This document shows positions 11,669 to 20,997 of a stretch of 64,000 nt of DNA, one piece after another (position 1 is the stretch's first letter; the number at the start of each line of letters is the position of its first letter). The translations under genes and the position numbers were made by a program. A model generated the notes under the pieces. That model was given only the letters and a program-made list of their open reading frames with translations. It did not search any database and was not told where the DNA came from. The DNA is from a virus. Location: the IMG/VR virus record IMGVR_UViG_3300034122_002094; one strand, 5' to 3'.

Positions 11669-12202
11669 ATGTTCTACTCCCTCAACATGTCAACCATCAT
11701 CACTGCCGCTGTCAAGGGTGACAACGTGCGCGACATGGTATCTTGTGCGCTTGATACCTTCTCAGAAGGCATGGATCGCGACATGTTGACACAAGACATC
11801 ATCAATGCCTTGACGTCGGTTCAAGATGTCCAGACATGGCGCGCCATGTCTGATAAGGATGCAACGATCCTCGCCATTGACGTTTTGTCAATGTGGATCG
11901 AAGGCGAGGATGATGTTTTCTGCGCAGTGCAGAATGTGCTTGACAATAAGCGCGTATGGTTGAACCTTGACGCTGCGCAGTGTGACTTGACGGGGTTTGT
12001 GATCAATCGCGATCCCGTTAAGATGTTCATTCTGGAGTATGTCAAGATGAATCTCTCGTTTGCGCGTCAGATGATCCTTGACGTCAAGCATGACATGACA
12101 TGCGAGGATGCACAATCCACGCTGTATGTCAACAACCTTGATCTGAATCGCAAGGGGCTTGCGAGTCACCTTGCAAGCTACGCGCTAGACCAGATACTCT
12201 AG
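11669..12202 (+). CDS. hypothetical protein
   Basis: Own promoter (TTGATC-17-TATTGT) and own terminator. Confidence 0.7.
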   Translation: MFYSLNMSTIITAAVKGDNVRDMVSCALDTFSEGMDRDMLTQDIINALTSVQDVQTWRAMSDKDATILAIDVLSMWIEGEDDVFCAVQNVLDNKRVWLNLDAAQCDLTGFVINRDPVKMFILEYVKMNLSFARQMILDVKHDMTCEDAQSTLYVNNLDLNRKGLASHLASYALDQIL

Positions 12203-12221
12203 CGTAAGTCAAGAGAAAACG

Positions 12222-12257
12222 ACAAGCGGCCCTAAGAAAGCCGCTTGTTTTATTTTT
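12222..12257 (+). terminator. intrinsic terminator
   Basis: ACAAGCGGC/GCCGCTTGT stem followed by a T-rich tract. Confidence 0.8.
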
Positions 12258-12277
12258 ATCTTTTTCAATTTTATATA

Positions 12278-12306
12278 TTGACACAAGACAATTTTTGTGG
12301 TATAAT
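12278..12306 (+). promoter_or_regulatory. consensus sigma70 promoter with extended -10
   Basis: TTGACA-17 bp-TATAAT, TGn before -10, AT-rich UP region. Confidence 0.85.
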
Positions 12307-12312
12307 TATAGT

Positions 12313-12441
12313 AGCGTGCAGAATTTTTGTTATGTGGCCAGGTACAAATATCATACCAAGTTTTGAGACCTAGCAAATTTATTTACTTGTGACCTCTAGC
12401 CTAAGAGAAGGGCCGTCTTGATAGACGGCCCTTCTCTTTTT
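12313..12441 (+). ncRNA. candidate ~130-nt small RNA
   Basis: Bounded by a consensus promoter and a terminator; contains only a 13-codon ORF with no RBS. Confidence 0.5.
12403..12441. terminator. intrinsic terminator, probably bidirectional
   Basis: AAGAGAAGGGCCGTCT-TGAT-AGACGGCCCTTCTCTTTTT between convergent units. Confidence 0.85.
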
Positions 12442-12661
12442 ATTTCATCTTTTTCTTCTCTATCAAACTTATTATATGCGCTTGAAAGTGTGTCCACATG
12501 TAGGACACACTTGAGCCATCATCGAACACATGGGGCAGAACTTCGATGATGTCGCGCTCGCAAAGCGCGATCACGGCGTCCTGTGCGAAGACACCCGCGA
12601 AGGTGTCTACGGTGTTCTCGAACTTGGAAAGGAGGGTAGCGATCTCAGTCTGCGTCATCAT
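12440..12661 (-). CDS. hypothetical protein
   Basis: Own promoter (TTGATC-17-TATTGT on - strand); ends at the terminator. Confidence 0.65.
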   Translation of the reverse strand: MMTQTEIATLLSKFENTVDTFAGVFAQDAVIALCERDIIEVLPHVFDDGSSVSYMWTHFQAHIISLIEKKKMK

Positions 12662-13156
12662 TTTGGGCTCTCTCGTTTGGGTGACGACCATTCATCACCT
12701 ACAAAAGACAATACAGAAAATGATGATCCCGATCAAGGGAAAACGACAAAAGACACTAACATTTTTTGTTGTGTCTCTAGTCTGGCCGATCCTCCCGATC
12801 GGCCTCTCTATTGTCGCCTTGTCAGCGCTTGTGAAGCGCCGACAAGGCCTTTAAGAGGCTCGTGGAGAGGTTTCTAGCCTTCCCCCCTGCCTCCCCTATT
12901 GCCGCGAGACAAGCGCGCATCTCGCGCTCATCTCGCTTGGTCATGGCGTTGTGGCATCTCGCCACAAACGCCCTTGTCTTCTTATCCACGATCTACCTCT
13001 CTAGCGTGTGGCAGCGTCTATGAGCTGCCAGAACATCAGGACCACGATCAAGGCGCAGATCGCGCCATTGATCAAACTCATGAGAACGTCCGATCCCTTG
13101 ATCATTTTCTTTCCATGTTGACAGGCTGGCGATCACATGGATCGCCAGCCTAGCTG

Positions 13157-13408
13157 TCACCGCGTGATGCGCTCAACTGTCATGGGGCGCCCGCCAATCG
13201 TGGCGGTCGAATACTTGCGGTAAAAATCGCGATTGTTTCGCGCCACGATGCAATCGAAACAATAACCGTCATTCAACTCGCGATAAAAAGCACCACAGTC
13301 TTGACACTCCTCGCATGAGAGATCCTGAAACATACGGATCTCACTATCAAGATCGCGATCGGATATGCGAGCAGACTTGGCAGACTTGGCAAACGAGAAA
13401 CGAGACAT
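13157..13408 (-). CDS. small Cys-rich (CxxCxxC...CxxC) protein
   Basis: TGGAG RBS; promoter TTGACT-17-TATAGT on - strand. Confidence 0.7.
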   Translation of the reverse strand: MSRFSFAKSAKSARISDRDLDSEIRMFQDLSCEECQDCGAFYRELNDGYCFDCIVARNNRDFYRKYSTATIGGRPMTVERITR

Positions 13409-13882
13409 GGTAGACTCCAGTGTGTGCCCTATCGGGCTGGTCATTTCGGCGCGGCGCTCATTCGCCATCACCTAAAAAAGACTATACAGGCGAGGCCGCG
13501 CGAAGTCAACACCTCTCACAAAATAAATCGTCTTTTTTGTGATTTTTGTTGTATCGAATGTTATATCGAATTGGCCAGATCGTTATATCGAAAGCAATTC
13601 GATATAATACATTTTTGCGTGTTGGCACGATTTTGTCCCGCTCCATGTGCAGCGGGCAGGCAAGATCCAATTTCAAGCCAGGACGATCGAGGCGAAAAAA
13701 GCCGCCGCAATGCACATGGAGCGCGGCTTTAAGCCCGTCAGAATTTTTGCGATTTAGGTTGAAATGTGCTGGAAAATATGATCAGGAAAGTGAAAGGCTC
13801 TCAATGGCACCATTAGAATAATGACGCCTGAGTGACAGCCCGTTGTATCGAAAGCCAACTCGATACAACGGGCGACCGGTCT

Positions 13883-14287
13883 CTATATGTAGAGAGACCG
13901 GGAGGTCCTCTCCCACCACTCGCCCTTAAAGCCCGACTCGTATAGCTTGTAGTCACATATAAATGTTGTGCCCGGTACATCATCGGCTGTGAACCGATGG
14001 AACAGATCGCCATAGTCGGCGAGATAGCCGCTAAACAAAGCCCTCTCGCCGAACATGATCAGTACGGCGCGGCTGTGGTCGCACACAGCCTCCAGCGGGA
14101 GTGGCAAACAACTGTTGTTCTCAAAGCGTGTGCGGCTGCGGTGGGCGAAGTCTCCATTGATCAGGACGTGTTCAAGGCGCCCGTTGGGGCGCGCGAAGCT
14201 CGCCGCCTCCATACGGTCGAGAATGGTGTTGGCGAGGCGACCGGTGAAGCAGGAGGAAGCGCAGCGAACGGTGGTGATGGTGGACAT
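13883..14287 (-). CDS. hypothetical protein
   Basis: GGAG RBS; shares the GGCGAATGAGCGC leader motif. Confidence 0.7.
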   Translation of the reverse strand: MSTITTVRCASSCFTGRLANTILDRMEAASFARPNGRLEHVLINGDFAHRSRTRFENNSCLPLPLEAVCDHSRAVLIMFGERALFSGYLADYGDLFHRFTADDVPGTTFICDYKLYESGFKGEWWERTSRSLYI

Positions 14288-14737
14288 GGGAGGCTCCGAG
14301 GCAAGGGGTGGGGTGGCGGCGTCTGGCGCTCATTCGCCATCTACCACACTCCACCAACCTAGCCGATGCCGTGCCCCACGTCAACATGAATCGAACTCGA
14401 TACATCGCCCAAGTTGTATCGAGTTTTGTATCGAATACGCCCACCAACGTGTCCCGTCGCGCCCTGGAGGCCCGAGGACCCAAAGCAGTGGCGACACACA
14501 CGTTGGTGGGCTCCGGGCTCAGTCAAAAAAATGACGGTCCAGCCCAAAAGCCTGACGGGATTTTGACGCCGGAGGGCGTGACCCGCCGTGTGTGTCGCCA
14601 CTGATAATGATAGCTCACTATCAATAGGCCTGCGTCTCCGTGGGGACGGGCGGATCGTTGTATCGAATACGCCCCGCGTTATATCGAATCGTTGTATCGA
14701 ATTGGCCAGGCGGGAGGGCGGCGATAATGACCGCTCA

Positions 14738-14867
14738 TTATCAACACCACAGCGAAGTTTTCCACAGGCTGTGGATAACCTGTGAACAAAAAAGCCCCGC
14801 CGATCCATCGTGGATCGGCGGGGCGCTGGCGTGAGTTTTCCACAGCCTGTGGAAAAGCTGTGGGTTG
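14738..14867. promoter_or_regulatory. cluster of DnaA boxes
   Basis: TTWTNCACA matches at 14758(+), 14770(-, perfect TTATCCACA), 14836(+), 14848(-); near matches at 14738 and 14781; weak match at 14859. Confidence 0.75.
14788..14824 (-). terminator. intrinsic terminator for the 14916-15983 gene
   Basis: GCCCCGCCGATCCA/TGGATCGGCGGGGC stem with T6 on the - strand. Confidence 0.8.
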
Positions 14868-14915
14868 TTTGGGCGAGGTGGCCGATTGTGCAGATCGGCC
14901 ACCTCGCCTAGCAGG

Positions 14916-15983
14916 TCACTTGCGCTTGCGGGGCGCCGAGGGCTTGACCGGGGCTGGTGTGGGCGCGGGGGCGACCTCCACCGCAGCGGCGGCGGCTGGT
15001 GTGGGCTCCGCATCGATCACGGCGGGCTCCGCTGCGACGTCCTCCCCCTCCACCGGGAGATCGTCGAGGGCGTTGACAGCGGCGGCGTTCTCAGCAGCCT
15101 TTTCGGCTGCCTTTTGAGCTGTATCTGTCAGGGCCTTGACTCTCTCATTATCCGCGCGAGGCGCGCGGTAGAGATTGCGGGCGATGTCCTCCCCGAACGC
15201 GCTTGTGAGCCGCTCGCGAAAGTGCTTCATCTCAGCCTTTCGCAAGGCGTCGAATCGGCGGATCGGGGCGTTGAGCGCCGCCATTCCATCAGTAGCGATC
15301 TGGATCAAGGCTAACTTAAAGTCACCCTTGATCTTGGTGAGTGTGTCAACCTCACCCTTACAGGTCAGGAACGTGAGGGCCGGATTTTTGTGGTGTGTCA
15401 AGCGGATCTCGCTTGTCCCATCCTTGGCCGTCCGTCCAGTGCGCCGCATGATCCATGCGGCGAAGTTGTGATGATCGGCCTCATTGGGGATCGGCTTAGG
15501 CCGATCCGCGCTTGAGAGGCCGAAATGTTCCAACATCAGGGCGTCACGCTTGCGCTGAAACTCGCTTGCGATTGCTGCAAACTCATCGTGCATTGTCTGG
15601 AGCTTGACCAGCGGGGCGAGGCCCGACACATCAGGACGGGGCGAGATCTCGCAACCCTTTCCCGTGATGTGAACCGTCAAGGTGTATAGCATGAAGTCGG
15701 CTTGATTAGGATACACGGGCGGGGTCGCATCCTCACCCGCTGCGATCTTGGTGTCATAGACAAGTTGGGCGGCGTCGTATGCGTCAAGCGCAGCCTCCCA
15801 TTTCTCCCAGTCCAAAGAGGCCGACTGGGTTGTCTTCTGACCGCTCGCCTTAGAGGCGGTGAGGGCGGACGATTGCGCCTCGCCGCCCTCCTTCTCATTC
15901 TTCGCGCTCGCCAGCTTCGCGGCGTTCTGCTCATTAAGGAGGGTTGCGACAACAGCGGGAGCAGTGGTGGTGTTCGTGTTCAT
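14916..15983 (-). CDS. hypothetical protein with Ala/Pro-rich C-tail
   Basis: About 355 aa; AAGGA RBS before MNTNTTT; followed by two long hairpins. Confidence 0.75.
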   Translation of the reverse strand: MNTNTTTAPAVVATLLNEQNAAKLASAKNEKEGGEAQSSALTASKASGQKTTQSASLDWEKWEAALDAYDAAQLVYDTKIAAGEDATPPVYPNQADFMLYTLTVHITGKGCEISPRPDVSGLAPLVKLQTMHDEFAAIASEFQRKRDALMLEHFGLSSADRPKPIPNEADHHNFAAWIMRRTGRTAKDGTSEIRLTHHKNPALTFLTCKGEVDTLTKIKGDFKLALIQIATDGMAALNAPIRRFDALRKAEMKHFRERLTSAFGEDIARNLYRAPRADNERVKALTDTAQKAAEKAAENAAAVNALDDLPVEGEDVAAEPAVIDAEPTPAAAAAVEVAPAPTPAPVKPSAPRKRK

Positions 15984-16369
15984 TCTGGGGTTCCTTAGAG
16001 CTTGCCAGCGGCATTGTTTGGGGCCGTCTGGCTGGTCATTCACGTTTGCCGATTAAGGCGCTTGGCGGGGCTGTTTGCCCCGTTCTGAGCGATCAAGGTG
16101 CGTTGTGTGGGTTGCGGTTTTCCGTTGCCTAACGGACAAGGCCGATCCATTGCGCAGGGATCGGATCGCGTCAGATCCAACGCTCGCCAAAGCGCGCGCC
16201 GATCTGCTCGTTCACTCATATTCACTTGTCAAAGACGCTCGCCACGCTGGCGAGGAGGCGACCGACCCGGCCACCGTCAAGGCGTGCGGCCCTGACAAGA
16301 GACAAGCTAGCCCCTGCCCTCCCTCCCGTCAAGCCTTTTTTGATAAATTTGTACGCTGGCGAGGCATAG

Positions 16370-16433
16370 CGCAGACCCGCATTGCAGGCCGTCCGCACAG
16401 TGTACACCTCGCAGACCCGCATTGCAGGCCGTC
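16370..16433. repeat. 24-bp direct repeat, 40-bp period
   Basis: CGCAGACCCGCATTGCAGGCCGTC at 16370 and 16410. Confidence 0.9.
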
Positions 16434-16636
16434 GAGCTGGGTGTCGATTGCATATGTCGCGTTATATCGAAATGGGCTCGCCGCTACCTCGGCACCTAGT
16501 GTTCGCGTAAGTGTCGAATATCATATGCAATTGAAGTGTACAATTCCAATTCGATACAACGCCCACGACATGTCGAGTTGTCTTGTCGAGTGTCATGTCG
16601 AATGTGCCGAAGCGGCGCCTCCTGTGCATTTTAGGC

Positions 16637-16666
16637 TTGACAGGCACTTAGCCGCCGTGGTATAAT
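16637..16666 (+). promoter_or_regulatory. consensus sigma70 promoter
   Basis: TTGACA-18 bp-TATAAT with TGn extended -10. Confidence 0.7.
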
Positions 16667-17651
16667 GTGGCGCCGAGCAAGCCGACTGCACAGGAGGCGC
16701 CGCTTTTTACCCGTCAGAAAATAAACGATCCCAACCCAAAAGCCTGGCGGATTTTTAATGCGAAAGCAAAATAGCATAGAGATCTTAGATCAGAAAGCTC
16801 CGCGCAAACACCAGGCGCTGCGCTTTAACCCCGTCAGAAAATTTCACTAATGAGTTCAAATAGTGGTAGAAATTTGATGACGCTAGTGTAATACCCTGGA
16901 GAGGGCGAGCAGCCAAAGAGAGAGGGGGTAGTGTCGTAGAGCTGGTGAAGATAGAGGGGGAGAGGCCTGAGATGAGAGACCACTCTTATGGGCTCATCTT
17001 GAGATCTTAGATTTTGGTCTAGTGAGACAAGGTGGCACAGTAAGAGTGAGACAGGATGTCACAGGATAGCTGCCAGACCTGATGGGCCAGTGGTGCTGGC
17101 AGGGCTGATGGTCCAAACAGGTCTTGATCGGTTATTCATCGGTTTCAGCGAATTATAGACAAATTATGCACCTCTTTATATCACAATCACTTACAAAAAA
17201 TCAACTATTTATCGATCTGTTTTCGGGGTGTCCACCGTGGGAGCAAAGGTCACTTTCGATCTGGCCAGTGGCCTCTCTCGTGCTCGATCGTTCGGAAAAT
17301 CCCGCTGGTTTCTAGTTGACACCTCGGGCGCTGCATGATCCAGAAAGCTTCTGCACGCTATTTTTAGATTTCTAGTTGTGCCATTCTCTCGTCTGGAAGT
17401 CAGACCTGTGGCATAAGAAGCCTTGAAGATTGACCAGACCTGGCGCAAAACGTAGCTCTAAAACTATTTTCAAGTTCCACTAAATAGTTCTTGACTTTTT
17501 GTTAGTGATCGAGTAGTGTGATTCCACGAGCCAAAAGGTTCGGGGACAAGTCTGTGTAAAGCGCACAAGCCGTCCTCACTCATTCACCTGCCTCATACAG
17601 CACCTAATACTGGGTCTGTATGTTGCGGGTGAGGTCTATGGAGTATGTGTC

Positions 17652-19163
17652 ATGTCTACTGTCAAGCGTGCTGGTCGTCGTATCGTTGCTCCTGTCGCTG
17701 TGTCTCCCTCTCTCCTCCATGTCAACTCTATCCCCACTACTCCTCTCCCCAGTGTTGAGGTCGAGGGCTTGTTCAAGACTGTCATGACCGAGGACAAGGA
17801 GATCGTCGAGGTTCGTCATGTGGTGCCGGAGGTGGTGCCCATGCGTCATGGTTCGTCTCGTGGTGTCTCGTCACTGGAGCGAGTGCCTGTCGTGGGCGAG
17901 GGCGCCGATCGTGGCGCTTGGGTGTTGACGACTGACGTTCATGGTGATGTCGTGAGGGAGCGTGTGGCGGGTGGCGTTGACAAGAGCGCCTCTGCTCTCT
18001 CTGACCTCAATGGTCGCAGCGCTTCGCTGCGTGATGTTGCTGGTCGTGAGGCGACTCGTATCGTCGATGGGGCCGGGAATAAGACCGGGCGCGATGCGCT
18101 CGTGACCACTGGTGTCAAGGCTTCGCTCCTGAGCATCGAGAAGCACTCTGTGCCGAGTGACGATCCTTCTGTGCCATCGCTCAGGGCTGACGGCTTCTTG
18201 TGCTGGTTCGACCAGCCTGACAAGGTTCGTGAGAAGGTCGCGAGCGCGCTCCGCAAGGCTCGTAAGAGCATCGACCTGAGGTCATCGAGCAATGCCACAA
18301 GCTATGCTCAGAATGAGATCCTCATCGGCGATAGCATGGCTGGGATGCTGCTCAACACCATCGCTCAGAACAAGGCTGCATACTTCCAGTGTGGAGTCTT
18401 CGGCGAGCAGTGCATCGTTGCTCTGCATGGGAGCAAGCAGTTCTTCCGCTTCGGCATGAAGGTTCTGGAACGGCTCGCGGCTGCTCGGTTCGTCAATGTC
18501 GAGTTCGTCAATGCGACCTCGATCGACAAGGACATCTATGAGGCGAAGCTTGCCAAGGCGGGCGTTGGTAAGATGAAGGACCATGCTTCATCGGCCAAGA
18601 ACCTCGCTACCAGTCGCCTCAACAAGGTCGAGGCTGTCCAGGATGCGGTGGTTCGCAGGATGGACCGCAAGCGCTTGCAGGGTACGCCTCAAGAGATGAT
18701 GGCTCTTGAGAACTACTGTCCTCCTGTCAATGTGCTGGCCGCCTTCTGTGACATGGCGCTCACCCACAACAGCGACAAGGTCGGTCACCATGTTGACCAC
18801 ATGCTGATCGCCAAGAGCGCCATCATCTGGATGAACGATGGTCCGATCGAGCAGATGCGTGAGCTGCTCTATGAGAACGCCCGGCAGGCTATCCAGCGCC
18901 TCTCCGAGGGGGGCGGCTTCGCTGGTGTCCTGTCGATGCTTGAGCGCTGTCTTGAGAGGGCATGGCATCATCGCCACCACGGCCTCCTCGACCTGTTCGA
19001 GGACGTCGAGAACTACTCGACGTTCGAGGCCTGTGTGGCCGAGGGTGGGCTCACCGACACGTTGATCGAGGTGTTGAAGGAGCACAAGGTCTATGCCAAG
19101 CAGGGCCACCTTGACTATCCTGTCAAGGGCGATGCGATCGATGGTGTGGAGTTCGATGACTGA
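17652..19163 (+). CDS. hypothetical protein (503 aa)
   Basis: GGAG RBS; promoter TTGACT-17-TAGTGT at 17491; hairpin-rich leader. Confidence 0.8.
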   Translation: MSTVKRAGRRIVAPVAVSPSLLHVNSIPTTPLPSVEVEGLFKTVMTEDKEIVEVRHVVPEVVPMRHGSSRGVSSLERVPVVGEGADRGAWVLTTDVHGDVVRERVAGGVDKSASALSDLNGRSASLRDVAGREATRIVDGAGNKTGRDALVTTGVKASLLSIEKHSVPSDDPSVPSLRADGFLCWFDQPDKVREKVASALRKARKSIDLRSSSNATSYAQNEILIGDSMAGMLLNTIAQNKAAYFQCGVFGEQCIVALHGSKQFFRFGMKVLERLAAARFVNVEFVNATSIDKDIYEAKLAKAGVGKMKDHASSAKNLATSRLNKVEAVQDAVVRRMDRKRLQGTPQEMMALENYCPPVNVLAAFCDMALTHNSDKVGHHVDHMLIAKSAIIWMNDGPIEQMRELLYENARQAIQRLSEGGGFAGVLSMLERCLERAWHHRHHGLLDLFEDVENYSTFEACVAEGGLTDTLIEVLKEHKVYAKQGHLDYPVKGDAIDGVEFDD

Positions 19164-19190
19164 GTCCTGACAAAAAGTGTTCGGTAGTAC

Positions 19191-19230
19191 GTTATACAGC
19201 CGTATAGGATCTCCTATACGGCTGTATAAC
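19191..19230. repeat. perfect 19-bp inverted repeat with 2-nt spacer
   Basis: GTTATACAGCCGTATAGGA-TC-TCCTATACGGCTGTATAAC. Confidence 0.9.
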
Positions 19231-19452
19231 TAGTGTGGGTTGCTTTATCGTTGTGCTGTGTCATACATATCAAGCAGTGGTCAAGTGACTATGTGCTTGA
19301 TCTGTATAGCATCCTAGCATAACGCATCGTGCGTTGTAGTGTGAGATGAAAGTAGGTTCGGTTTGAGAGACCCGATCCAATCCAAAAACAGAGGCTGCCT
19401 ATACGCGGATATAAGATCCGCGTGTGAGCTTTGCCCCCAATTGAGGTCTATC

Positions 19453-20193
19453 ATGAGCAACTATGGTGAGTATCGTTCGGCGAGGGAAGAAGCCAAGACG
19501 AACGGCAACTGGGATCGTGCGTTCTGGTTGGCTATCAAGATGCCAAGGGGTGAGGAGAGAGACGCCGCGTTGCGAGACTGGTGGTTGACCGAGACCAGCG
19601 CTTATCTCTCGCCCTGCGATCTGAGGATCGAGAAGAACGGGACGAGGAGCGGAGGCTATCGTTTCGGAGCTGCTCGCAGGATCTCTCACCTCACCATGAC
19701 AGACGACTGTTGTGAGATCAGCTACCATGAGGAGCGCGTGTTTCGCGGCTCCGATGTCGAGCTGCCGAAGCTCGCTCACAAGTTTGGTCGGCTCCTCGTT
19801 GAGCGCTTGCTTGAGAGCTTCGAGGCTGAGATCAAGCAGGACATCATCCTGTGGCAGCTCCTGGACCAGTACAGAGAGTCTATCCAGTCGCCCAAGGACA
19901 GCCTGGAGAGGCGCTGGGACATCCATCTGTTGTCGAATGTCTACCTCAGGATCTCTCCCGACGACATCGACGAGCGCCAGCAGCACTCCCTTCTGGAGTC
20001 GATCGCTTATGCGATGCTCGTCTGCCTTCTGGAGTACGACTACTATCTGGAAGGGGTCGCGCTCCACTATCAGAACGCCTACAATGCGGAGCGCCGCAGC
20101 AAGGGCGAGCAAGAATACTGGGACACAATTGAGGATGTCGGCAGTGAGTACATGACGATCATCCTTCAGGCATACAAGCAGACTCTGCGCTAA
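19453..20193 (+). CDS. hypothetical protein, paralog of the next gene
   Basis: NYGEYRSAREEA...MPxGxERDAALRDWW shared with 20225-20905. Confidence 0.75.
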   Translation: MSNYGEYRSAREEAKTNGNWDRAFWLAIKMPRGEERDAALRDWWLTETSAYLSPCDLRIEKNGTRSGGYRFGAARRISHLTMTDDCCEISYHEERVFRGSDVELPKLAHKFGRLLVERLLESFEAEIKQDIILWQLLDQYRESIQSPKDSLERRWDIHLLSNVYLRISPDDIDERQQHSLLESIAYAMLVCLLEYDYYLEGVALHYQNAYNAERRSKGEQEYWDTIEDVGSEYMTIILQAYKQTLR

Positions 20194-20224
20194 TCAACAA
20201 CACTATAACCCACAGGAGCATATC

Positions 20225-20905
20225 ATGAACTACGGTGAGTATCGTTCGGCGAGAGAAGAGGCCTTCATCAGCAACAACTGGAGAGAACCGCTGCGCATCC
20301 TCAAGCAGATGCCAGTAGGCGATGAGCGCGACGCAGCGCTGCGTGACTGGTGGATCAATGTTGACATCGACAGCCTCTTGAAGGCAGGCGTACAGTGGAT
20401 CAGCGCTTTTGACTCGTATCCTACGGTCGATGCCGCTCGTCACGTCGCGTGGCGATGGGAGATCGGTCAGTGGCACCTGATGATCCTGTCGTATCGTGAT
20501 ATGGACCTTGAGAAGATGTCGCATCGTTGGTGCGAGGAGATCATCGAGGAGGCGCTTGTTCAGTATAATGCGGACATTGCTCTGGCAGCGCCCCAAGTGT
20601 TTGACCTGATCGCACAGTACAGGCTTGCGATCAAGACTGAGCCTCGTAGCAAGGAGATGCTCGCTTGCAAGCAAGCCTTGAGAGCGGCCACTCTCAGTCA
20701 ACGCTGGTGGCCCTGGGTTAACAAGCTGCTGATGGCGATGTCAGCGAGGGTGGATCTGGAGATCGGGATTCAGAAAGCAGTGCAGGGGTTCCTCGCTTCT
20801 GCTCGTAACAACTTCTCGTCTCATGACTATGAGGAGACCTACCAGCAATACAACGACAGGTTCACAAAGAAGGTCCTCGTGGCCTACAAGGATACAGTGA
20901 AATAA
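20225..20905 (+). CDS. hypothetical protein, paralog of the previous gene
   Basis: Same N-terminal motifs; AGGAG RBS. Confidence 0.75.
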   Translation: MNYGEYRSAREEAFISNNWREPLRILKQMPVGDERDAALRDWWINVDIDSLLKAGVQWISAFDSYPTVDAARHVAWRWEIGQWHLMILSYRDMDLEKMSHRWCEEIIEEALVQYNADIALAAPQVFDLIAQYRLAIKTEPRSKEMLACKQALRAATLSQRWWPWVNKLLMAMSARVDLEIGIQKAVQGFLASARNNFSSHDYEETYQQYNDRFTKKVLVAYKDTVK

Positions 20906-20966
20906 TCGTCAGGCAAGCGGCATCATGACAGGCAGTCGTGGTGTCGCTCGCATCGCTGATGATGCG
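20905..20966 (+). repeat. intercistronic structured element, copy 1
   Basis: ATCGTCAGGCAAG-hairpin-CTCGCATCGCTGATGATGCG. Confidence 0.85.
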
Positions 20967-20997
20967 GTATCTCAACTCTCAACTCAAGGAGTCTATC

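Noticed and set aside
13424-14834. Short ORFs across the island's intergenic repeats (e.g. 13546-13821, 14359-14808)
   Set aside because: They translate the TATCGA and DnaA boxes, lack an RBS and overlap promoters or terminators.
14738-14867. Captured host oriC
   Set aside because: No dnaA/dnaN/gidA context and no AT-rich unwinding element; the flanks are phage-like.
19191-19230. Protelomerase (telRL) site
   Set aside because: The centre (TC) is not palindromic and no protelomerase gene is recognisable.
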